NCBI GenBank assembly: GCA_024137785.1
Contig: JAHRHZ010000070.1
Coordinates: forward strand, 13,026,570 to 13,090,569
Origin: Ginglymostoma cirratum
Lineage: Eukaryota
Length of the DNA: 64,000 bases
Reading direction: 5' to 3'
This document shows positions 53,431-64,000 of this stretch, piece after piece. The stretch's first letter is position 1; every line of letters begins with the position of its first letter. The notes under the pieces were generated by a model. That model was not told where the DNA came from and searched no databases. It saw nothing but the letters and a program-made list of their open reading frames with translations. A program made the translations under genes and the position numbers.

Positions 53431-54936
53431 TGTTACCTATATTTATAATCCATATTTTAAAAGCACAATGAGAATGGAGCATGTTTTAAACCAGTGAGGT
53501 TTAGGAAATGTACCAATACATGTTGATTTCACATTGCTGACCCAAGTTCAATTTTGGTGATGGTTACAGAATACTGCACACCTTTACATCGTTTACTGGT
53601 ATCAATACAAAACGTGTCGGTATAATTCTTATGGTTTACCGCAAACACTCAGTTCTGTTCAGACTAAAGTTGGAATCTGTTCTGCAGGTTTCAGAGCTTT
53701 CTTCTCCAGATCTAAACTGGAGCAAACAGTCTCATTTCACAATTTAAGACCAATTTAAGACTGCATGAAATGCAATACGATTCCAGTCTCTCTCTTCTGA
53801 GCAGCTAGATTAAGATCTCTGGCAACTTTTATGCCCCGAGTAAAACATCGTGGTGTCAAGCTGGCAATTTCAAACTGTGAACTAACTACAGGCACAGCCA
53901 AGTGCGACTGTTGAGAGACTTGGCTTAATACAGAACAATCTGATTTAATCTAAATGTTACCTCCTGGTGTAAACAGAATATTATATTATGAAATAAGATG
54001 ACAGAATTACTGTTTCCTAAAGGGGCCATGGCATCCAGCAACAGAGCAGGCTCAAATATTTCAATTCTCAATCTCTGCAGAGTTGTCAACTCACACTGTA
54101 AAACTAAATAAAGTTAGGAGATAAGTATTCTAATGAAAACTGTGGGATACCTGATATAGGATTCAAATTCCAACTTTACAGAACACTTTACATTCATTTG
54201 ATCTACTCATTGCTAAACCAAGAATACATGGTGCCAATGTTTTCCAATGGTTATAAAGGGATGTTTTTGATCTTTAGTGGGTTAACTGCAGAGTCATGCT
54301 AATATGATGCTGTACGATTGGTTGGTATGATACTTGCCAACTCATCAGTAATCTGGAAGTTTGCTTACAGATTACTGTTTATCCCACCAATAGGAAACTG
54401 GAACAATGTTGAATGCTGCGGATATTAGCACCAAGCACATAGAAAGGGGTGCTCAAATCTGCAATGTCAGGAGGTATTTGACACTTCTCTGGGCACATGT
54501 AACTGTGGGCATTGTGTATTTGTGACAGAAAGAGAGAGTAAAAGAACATTTAAAAACTTAAAAACAGCAATAATTAGAAATAAGTCAGCTAAATTCAAAT
54601 GGATATTCCAGCCCCCACCCCACCCCAGTCATGTACTTTAACTTTAATGAAGTCACTTCTCCACACTTTATCCAGAATGACATTTAGAGACATGGAATAA
54701 TTTCAAAACCACACTGTACCAAGAACATCCACATCAAAGCTAAACTGTGGGTCTCCCATGCTCATCCACAGACCCAAGTTCTAGCAAAAGCACACATAGC
54801 CAACTTTGTCACTAGGAAGCTCAATGAACACGACAGCAGTGGCAACTAAATTACAACTTACTGGACCACAGAATACAACACAGAAGGGACGACCCCACAT
54901 AGGACGGACATGGAACAGCATGGTGTTAAAACTTAC

Positions 54937-55110
54937 AGGCACGTAAACTGGTGGAGCAATCATTAACAGAGACAGCAGAAAGTGGGAAGGTTCTCTCAAG
55001 GGTGTCCAAGTTACTATGTACACTGTCTGACATGCAAGTGCAGTCACGCTCACAGCGTCCGCAATCAAAACAACATGCGAGTTTCATTCTCTTGTAGATG
55101 GACATCTTGG
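54937..55110 (-). CDS. KCNMA1: KCNMA1 STREX (stress-axis regulated) alternative exon, 174 nt / 58 aa: (P)KMSIYKRMKLACCFDCGRCERDCTCMSDSVHSNLDTLERTFPLSAVSVNDCSTSLRA(F)
   Basis: Minus strand reads attatag|CCAAGATGTCC...CGTGCCT|gtaagt. The length and Cys-rich sequence match STREX; it lies within ORF 54926..55162. Confidence 0.97.
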
Positions 55111-55164
55111 CTATAATCATGTTTTCGATGGAAGGAGAGGAAGAGGAGCAGGTTAATGGCAAGG
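55111..55164 (-). promoter_or_regulatory. STREX 3' splice-site region / CaRRE1-like CaMKIV-responsive RNA element with branch point
   Basis: Minus strand ccttgccattaacctgctcctcttcctctccttccatcgaaaacatgattatag: branch-point-like cattaac, pyrimidine tract, then a purine-rich spacer ACATGATTA before AG, resembling the recalled rodent CACAUGGUUA. Confidence 0.7.
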
Positions 55165-58100
55165 TTACTCAGTCTGGCAGTTGGAAGGAATTAACACGGG
55201 ATCTAATACAGGCCTTAGTAACTTACGCAGGCTTGACAAGGAAGAAGAGCTAAGACCAATTCACGAAAGTAGCGATAAGAAAATCACATTCAAGAGTTCA
55301 AAAGCAAGAGTTCAGCAGATAACTTTGAATATACAATTCACATTCTTAGATATTTTCAAGTTCATGCCATACAGGATACTGTTCAACAGGAACACAAGAA
55401 GCTGGTGAAAATTTCAATTGTAGACCGGCTCATCATATCCCTTTTAAACAAATTAGCCAAAGAGATGGTCGATGGATAAAGAATTGTATTTTTGTGATTG
55501 TTCTTTTCGCCGCTCTCCATTGTTTTGCACAAGCATGTGGTGCTGGCAAGAATTTGGTGTAATTAGCATTTCCTTATATTTAATAATGTGCTAATGAGCA
55601 CGTCAAAATTTAGGTAGCATATAAAATACAGGTCCAATTCTTTCAAGCACACATGATGCCGAAATGGTTATTGAGCTAATTGATTCACTTGTTCAATGAA
55701 ATTTGTAATATAAATAATATAAAACCATATTATTTGATAATAAACCTAATGTACTTGTAATGAAGAATAATTTAAGTTTCTCATATTAAGTAAAACAAAA
55801 TCAGCCTTGGACGAACAAGCCATTATGCCACGTGAAAGACATACTTAAAGCTCTCGACTGAGTCAAGCACTGACCTAAGGCCATTTATATCAAAATTACT
55901 GGCCAAGCAAGGGTCACGCTATGATTGAGGAAAAAAAGGCACTGGAAGGTGAAGAATGAGAGACATCTTCAGTAGCACCCCATTTCTCTGCAGTCTTTTC
56001 AGCGGTTAGTTGCAAAACATTAATTTTCAGCAAAATCTTTTTTTAAGATTATCCGCTAGCTGAGAAAAGAATGATCATATCATGCAGCATTAAGCCTGTT
56101 CAATGCACGCAACAAGACTGTTCGGTTAGCACTGGTACTTCAATGAAAGAAGTAGCATCAAAGAATAATAAATGCTGGTGATGCTGGGCAGCATCGGCCT
56201 CTTGTCTTCCTTTGAATGATGCCAATCTTTTCAGTGTGACATTAATTGAGTCTGACAAGTCTTTAAGAGGAATGAAATCATGAGGGAGAGGAACCATTTT
56301 TTGATCTTGTTTCTTGAAATGAAACCAAATACTTGAGCCAAATTATTCTTCCCAATCAACAGGGGAATTGCGAAGAAGACATGCAGGTGCCTATTTTTTG
56401 TTTCAAAAAAAAAGGAAGACTTGAGGAATCTATTTCTGAGTCCATGCAGAACCACCAAAATAACAGCATGCTGATAAAAATAACAGCCTTCATCCTTGGC
56501 AATAATGGAAAAAGTAACAAAAAGTTCAAATAGGTTTATTAAGATTGAAGCATCCATAAACATTAATAGTCTAGCTTGTTTTCAAAAAAAACATGCTGTA
56601 AGAAATACATTGCATTCGTTGTGGAAATAAAACGCAAACATTAATAGCACTTTCAGACAATGACATGTTGGAAAATGTTAGTTGTTGATGAGATGCATGT
56701 AATTCTACACACGAAGGACGTGTCCACTAACTCAACACACAAACTGCTGTATGGATTCCTTGCAAAAACATGTTTATACTGCCACTTTTATATTTAAAAA
56801 ATGATTTTTTTTTGTGAAAAATCATCATTGAGGAGGACCTGAAATAACCACACACTGTTGGAGACCGGTGGGGGCGGGGGGGAGGGGAAGGAAGGTCTCT
56901 GAGGACATCTAGTGGATGGATATCAGAGAGCACCATGCTCAGAAAAAAGTGAAAGCTGTCAAGGTCCAGTCACAGGTAGTGAGTAAAAAAGGGCCCAACT
57001 ACCAAGAAGAATTGAAATGGTGACAAATTCATTTCAATTCAATATCTACTGATACTTATTTTCATAAAAATGGAATGAGGAATTGAGGGATAATAACAGA
57101 AGAACAAGATGCTTATTTTGAATGGTGATTATTAAACTTTTTCTTCTGATAGTAGTTTCCCAAATTGTGGGACTTAGGAGATGGCCTGTTCAGTGAAAAT
57201 ACAGCAGCAATATTAAACTGAGAAGCAGGCTCAAAATGGTGGGAGCATCCAAACTACCTTTACAATCCACTAACATACGTTTTACAACACCTCAATTTTT
57301 CTGTAAGTCAAGTAGGGTATCAGGGGCAGGGACTGTTCTTTGTGAAATAAAGATTTTATTTTGCTAACTTATAAAATTAGGCATTGAATTTTATTGCTTG
57401 AGGTAGATTGTTGATGCAGAACTAATGTTCTCTGTCTGCTTGTCTTGGACACAAACATTCTCCAAATAATATAAAAGATGTGCAAACAAAACGTTCCATT
57501 TGAAAGATTTTAAACATCCTGGACTGTTCTCCTCAAATAAAAGTTCCTTACTGGTTTACTGAAGACTTTATGCAGGTTCAGTCACCCATACAATCTCAAA
57601 AATGGGTAGTCACAGGCTATTCAACTATGTCCTCTTATGTTGGCTATACATGAACACTATCTATCAGTGGGTCAATGATTTGCAGGAACCTTGACTATTG
57701 TTCCCCTCCATACATAGGGATATTGATACTGACCACAGCCTTCAAACTAAGAGTTGGGCAAAATCAGCTCAGTCAGGAGACCAAATCTGGCACCTCTCAG
57801 CTGGCATCTCTTGGTGGTATACTAGACGGAGCCTTTCCACAGTACCAAGGCACTGTGTCACTAATATTGAAAGCCATTGACACCAATGCCATACTCTCTG
57901 CAATGCAAATACTCAAGGTTCTCAGCCCATGGGGCAGAACCAAAGTCTCCAGTGGAAGAGGCATTTATGCTTTTGCCACATCTGAGGCTACCTCATTTTG
58001 CCTAAAGAGAGGTGAAAGGACATTCTGGTGACAAAAATGGCAGCATGGTTTCCACACTCCTTCTATGCCTCAAGTGAAAATAAAAATTGGAAACATTGCA

Positions 58101-58401
58101 AGGTGGCTTTGGAATGAATGCAATGCTCAGTTTATCTTTCTTCCTTGTGCTATGTTGAACCAATAAAAGCTCATGAGCTCCAAACCTGGCTTCTACTCCT
58201 TCCTTTAACTGAATTTTTATGTATGCTGGTATCTTGCCGTTGGGCTGCTGTATTTTCTACAGATTCAAAGTGATCTGTGGGCAGTGCTGAAGATGATGTG
58301 TACGTATGATGTAATTGCTACACATGCAACATAAAAATCTCTTGCTTAAGGTAGACAGGTTGGATCGCACTCTGGGCAACAGGGAACCCGTTTTTACTCA
58401 C

Positions 58402-58410
58402 AATAGATCA
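58402..58410 (-). CDS. KCNMA1: KCNMA1 9-nt alternative microexon TGATCTATT, giving KR-LIYF-QDE or KR-LIYS-KMS when joined to STREX
   Basis: Minus strand reads ctgcacactggtag|TGATCTATT|gtgagt. It is phase-1 symmetric, lies between the CKACH exon and STREX, and translates to the known IYF/IYS insert. Confidence 0.9.
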
Positions 58411-60434
58411 CTACCAGTGTGCAGTTAAATTATAGAGTTTCATGTTCCAGGGCAGCAAGGAGAAAAATAAATTAAAAATACATCAATCATCAAAAGGTAT
58501 TGCAATCATTTCATACATGGATTCTCATGTGTTTTGAGTTCCACGGAGAAAAGGTCTATGTGTAACTGTGTTTTGTGCTTTCTCTTTTCCCATTACATTT
58601 TCTACAATATGAGACACACCTAGAAGGGAAAATAAGTTCATACATACAGCAGAAATATAGATATGCACCAAACTTCAGCATTTTTTCTACCAATTTCCTT
58701 CTGGGGGGGGGAGCGGGGGTGGAAATCTGAACCAGCTATTGCAATTCTGCCCCCACCCCAATCTCACCACCTAGAAGAAATTTGTCTTTGCAAATTCTGG
58801 ATGATTCTTTGAATAATTTAGATTACAATGAAAAAATAATGATACTCTTAAGCTGATTTTTTTTTTGTTGTGCATTCAAACGGCCAGAATTTTTTTTTGA
58901 AAAAAGATAAAGCTACTCACTTTAATTATTCTTGACCTCTGCGGATGCGCCAAGTTTTTTTTGTTTAAATTATTAATAATGGGCCTAAAAGGTTTGGACA
59001 AGTGGCTAAGTAGGTCAGGTATATGTTGACAATGTGACATGACTAATGCCAATATAATGATAAATCTGCTGGACTTTCATTCTAAATGTGACAGCAACTA
59101 CTAAGATGTGTGCTCTTATCAAAAAAACCTCTGCATTTCTGGTACTGTACTCAAATATTGCATTTTGCATGCTCCACCATTATGGGCTGTGAAATACAAT
59201 GCATTTGGCAAGGATTTGTCTTTGTTTTTCCAGCTGACTTGGAGCATTACCTCTAGAGTTTTCAAACAGCGGTAGTTTAGTTCTGACAAGCTCTTTCTTC
59301 AGCCTCACTAATCATGTCATTTTATTTATACATCTGTTCTACATCACGTCATTAATAGACTGAAATTTGGACTCCTCATTTTAGGCATTCCGTTATTCTC
59401 CAAGTATATTTTTAATTTTTTGCATGCAGCTTAATCACATTAATGCTAATTATTTTTCGCTCGCCAATCTGCAGCATTCATTAATTCTCCTAGATTTCCC
59501 ATTATGTATTAATGGCATAATGTTAATCTAAACCTGCCTTCCTTTCAGGTAATTAAACTCCCTTTCATATGGCCTGAAAAATGTTGGTCTCCGTTTAATT
59601 TCTCTTGCCTTGGTTATTTGACGAGTTAAAGAGGCGGCAAAAGACATTGGTGGCACAGTTACATTGCCACAAGCAGATGGCCAACAGAGGCTAGGCACTA
59701 TGCCACTGAGCAAGTAGGAAGATATATCAAACAAACTATTCCACAGCCACTCTTCTGCAAACTTAGTTGGCCAAGTTCTGAATAGCCTGGAGCCAGTAAT
59801 TGGTCCACTCCACTGGCTGCAGAGAGCAAGGGGCATGGGGGGAGATGGGAAGAGTTTCTGCCTTTACAAATTGAAGGCGAAATCCAAGTTTTATTCATTT
59901 TGATGCACATTAGGAGTAAAAACATTCATATTCTGCTCTAAAATAATAATTTCATGGTTTACAGATGTCTGAAAAAAATCGTTGCTTTTACAACATCAAA
60001 AGTTGACTTGTAATAATTATTAGGTTGAGTTTTCACACACGCTGGTCTTCATCCACAACTTATGTAAAAGGTTTATATCTTGTAACAAACTTTATGGCAC
60101 TGGAACCAAATTCTGGCAAATAGGGGCCATAATTAATGGTGGAGCTGCAATAAGGCATGCACCTGTACATTTTAGAACTGTTGAAAATGAGTGTGTAGCT
60201 GTTGGATTGCTGACATTTATAGTTTGTTGTTTATCACAAGGTGAGTAAATGCAGGGTTAACTACAATAATGTACCCCACTACTGACCAGCAGTGTCAAGC
60301 TAATGACAGAAAAAGATCTGATGTCTCACATGCCCTCCACCAATAACTATATTATTTTTATGCATTCAAAATGCACATTGATTGCTACATACTAATAGCA
60401 AGTTAATAATGCAAAAAAAAGGATGAAATTATTA

Positions 60435-60545
<111 letters not shown>

Positions 60546-61079
60546 TTAATGGGCAGATGCCTTTACACAGGCTACAGTGCCACATTTTCCACTGACACCC
60601 AACATGGCTTATTCAGATGGAGAAAGGCAGTGTAATGTCTCAGACAGCTAATCTTTACACAAGTGTAAGTTCAGAAATGTAAGGCCAGAATTTAAGTCTC
60701 AAGTTCCTGAGTAAGGTATAGTGTGATTGCTGGGGAGAATACGAGAGACATTTTGTTCCAATTGAAGGAAAAAAATTCAAGAAAACATAAAAGGCCATTT
60801 GCCTCATCAATCCCGCTCCTTTCACAGCCATGCACACTTTGTGTTATCGTGGACTCTACCCAACATATTTAATCTCCTGAGAAAAAGTTGTGTGAAATTT
60901 CTCCCTGACCCCCTAAGGTAATTGACTGAAACTCCAGAATATCAATCTATCCTAACAAGGCCCATTATTCAATTTTGACCAGCTGCCTCCAACCAATGAC
61001 GTTTCCATGGCGTCGGTGTCACAAGAACTATTGTGTTTCCGAAAGTCATTGATCATCTCTGTCTGCATGCATCATTATA

Positions 61080-61400
61080 TTCTTTAGTTCTACCTTTAAC
61101 CAGATATGAGCTGCTCCTCTTAAAGGAGTTAATCAGCACAGCCTGAACTGTTTTTGCTAAGAGTCTGTTCCAATATCTACACTGCTCTGTGGGGGAAAGA
61201 ACATTCTAATCTCAAGTCCTGCCTGAGGCTTGTTAATTTTGTTCTCATTTCCTGTAGTTCCGCACTCACGTCCAAGTTAAATAACCTGCTTACATCTGTA
61301 TTATCCACGGCTATCAGCATTTTAAAGATCTGGATCCTTTCCTGAACTAACTTCTCCAATGACAAATTCAGTTTGGACAGCCTCTTTTCATAAATCACAG
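61080..61400 (-). mobile_element. CR1 LINE fragment, decayed
   Basis: ORF 61177..61398 IYEKRLSKLNLSLEK...IQIFKML. Confidence 0.65.
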
Positions 61401-61684
61401 CCCTAAGGCTTCAATCACCCTCGTTCTTCTTGTAAAATGCTTTTGTTCGTGAAATTTTTCTGCTCGTAAGTGTGTGGGATACTAAATGCTGGGAATGGTG
61501 AAGTACTTGCCTGGCATCCAACATCAGCATTTAATAGGACAACCATAGATACAGAGTAAAGTTCTCTCTCTACCAATTAATTTATCTGTTTATTGAGCAC
61601 CTTCAACAGAGTAATATACTCCTTTCACCGCAGAATTATCAAACAAAGTTTGACATCAAGCACACAGGGTATATTTCTGTGTGA

Positions 61685-62330
61685 ACATAAAAATCTGGAG
61701 CAAGGTGAAGCCATTCAGTTCCTTGCTTTGACATACAATCAGTTCACTCATGATCTTATTGAAACATCAAAAGCTCAGTCCCACGCACCCCAGTTAACCT
61801 TTCACCCATTACTTAACAAGAACCAAACTACCCTGCCTTAAGAATATTAAATGACTTTGTTTCCAACACCTTTTCAGGAAGAGAACTCTAAAGACTCACG
61901 ACCGAGAGAAAAATATTCACCTCATCTGTTTGAAATGGGTTACCCTTGATTTTTAAATAGTGACCCCTAATTCTGGATTCTCCCATAACAGAAAACATCC
62001 ACCTCATATCTACCCTGTCAACATGCTTAGATGTCTTCGATGTTTTGACAAAGTCACGTTTTATTGTCCTATACTCCAGCAGATACAAGCTTATCCTGCC
62101 TAATTTCTCTTCATAAGATAACATTCTCATACTGGGCATTTGTCTAGTAAATCTCTGAGCCACCTCCAATACTTTTACATTTTTCATTAATAAGGTGAGC
62201 AATGCTGTGCTCTATATGCAATTTCACCAGTGCCCCATATAACTAAAATATGACCTCCCCAATTTTGTATTCAATTCCTCTCACGATAAATATAAGGTTC
62301 TAATAACTTTCCTGCTTATTTGTTGGACCT
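61685..62330 (-). mobile_element. CR1 LINE 3' fragment
   Basis: ORF 61888..62202 LEVAQRFTRQMPSMRMLSYEEKLGRISLYLLEYRTIKRD...GESRIRGHYLKIKG. Confidence 0.85.
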
Positions 62331-64000
62331 CAGCTGATTTGAACAGATGATCCAAGGCTTAATCCAACATGTAGAGTTTAAATAGTAACTTTGAGAGAGA
62401 GAGAGCGGCGGGGGGTGGGTGGGTGAGGAGTTTAGCGTTTAAGACAAAAACAATTGAAAGCATGGTCCCCAGTGGTAGAATGATTAAAATAGGGGATGTG
62501 CAAGGCAAGACAGCAGAAGTGGGTGAGTGAAACAATCGAAGAAGCTTGTAGGACAACAGAATGTTACAGGGGTAAGACTTGAAGAGATTTATAAATCAGA
62601 GTCTTAAATTATTCTCCCTAATCAACATGTTTAACACCAAACTTTACAATAGAAGACAACTTCCTCCAGCCCCAAAGCTTATACGTCCAACACTAGCCAT
62701 AATTGTGCCTTCTTGGCAGTGGCACTGTGTTCTACTATGGGTCCATATCCACTAAGCACCCACATATGACTGAACTCAACAGAGGAGTCTTTCATTGCTT
62801 TTTGGCTGTATAAGGGCTCGTAGCTCTCTATCCTCCTTTAATATGCCCCCTAAAATGATTTCTTTGACTGAGCTTTAAGCCATGTGTCCTAATGTCACCT
62901 TATGTGGTTCAGTGTCAAGTGGTGTCTAATAACGCTCCTGTCAAGTGCTTGGTATATTTTACATTGTTAACAACATTACAGTAGTGCAAGCTCCTGTTAC
63001 ATGCAAGTGAGTGATATCAAAGCTAAGGAGTGGGACACTATGCTTTCCCAGTGATCCTGAATGCACAGTGCAGTATCGACTGCAGTGATGTAATCCTGAT
63101 CTTAAAATTCCACTGCTGGACCACTTTCATTTGCTCATTTTCCCACATCAGCCAACTTAGTGGCCACTTCCAGTAAGATTACCAGTCCACTAGCAATTTG
63201 CAGCAGCTTTGACATGCCGGTCAATGCTGTAGCTAGCCAGAGTGTCGTTGTGCAGAAATTTTAAGATGGAGTCTTCCACCTTCCCCACAGCAGGTGGCAG
63301 GAGCCATTTAACAGGGTGTACAATTGTTGGAAGGAGTTCCTGATGGCTTCCTGCTTCCAACCCAATTAAGTCCACAGGTGGGGAGGCCTTTCCCTTCTGC
63401 TGCAAATTGAAGCCTTTAAAAGGTAAAGGGGCAGGTCTGATGAAAGTCACCCATCTACCCTTACTGTCAACTCTCCTTTACAACTGTCCCCTTCCTGCTA
63501 CCAATAGCTTGAGTGCGTGTAGTACATGCAGCAGTCACTGCCTCTCCATTGGAACTGTCTAATCTAGAACAACAGCAGGCCCTTTGATTAGGCAAGAGCT
63601 GTAGGTAGGTGGGACATCCATTCCTGGGATCCATGACTAGGACGCAGGCCCACCTATGGCTGTTAACAGCCTGAGTGGCACAAGATGTGTGGGTCTTCTA
63701 TGGAGAGGACATTGCTTTCACTAGGAAAGCTGGTGAGAGCAAGAGACCACTGTCACCTCCACACTCCGACCAGAGTTAGAGTCGGTGAAGAGAAGAGTTC
63801 TTTCATCCCCAAAGTATCAGATGAGAAAAGGCATAATTTAGCAGCTTCCTTCTGTTCTCTAGAAGCATTCCAGTAATTTTTTTTTTTAAGTATTTCTAAT
63901 GCATAATTTGCATTTTAAGCAAGCTCAAATAAATACCTCCATTTCACAAAATGTATAATTTGTAAATTAGAAGATGTCTTTCTTCACATAAAGTCGAGTC

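Noticed and set aside
55221-55250. Strong donor-like TGC|gtaagt about 115 nt upstream of STREX
   Set aside because: The nearest acceptors give 5-nt or 23-nt units that do not preserve frame, and the phase-1 frame has a TGA just upstream; not callable as an exon.
56100-56262. Phase-1 acceptor (ttcattcctcttaaag|AC) opening LSDSINVTLKRLASFKGRQE...
   Set aside because: No credible phase-1 donor occurs before the stop codon, and there is no recognisable homology.

Overview
Vertebrate genomic DNA. The repeat families (CR1, Rex/Babar and RTE LINEs, Penelope-derived elements, Deu/tRNA-SINEs) suggest a cartilaginous fish, probably a shark. The window lies inside the BK-channel alpha-subunit gene KCNMA1 (Slo1) on the minus strand and covers the RCK1-RCK2 linker and the start of RCK2. 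Five constitutive exons are present (77, 94, 124, 225 and 193 nt), all GT-AG and phase-compatible. The 28-kb interval at splice site C2 holds an array of phase-1, frame-preserving cassette exons: the 9-nt IY(F/S) microexon, the 174-nt STREX exon with its CaRRE1-like 3' splice site, a 33-nt KYGYNGYISS exon and a candidate 45-nt LKRNTHTQTENLPS exon. Several weaker candidate cassette or poison exons also occur. The introns carry decayed LINEs and SINEs plus Penelope-derived inverted repeats with hammerhead-ribozyme-like cores, including a ~320-nt near-perfect hairpin about 1 kb upstream of an RCK2 exon. Almost all other ORFs in the track are spurious or TE remnants. Comparisons with other species come from recalled sequences, not from a database search, and repeat boundaries are approximate.
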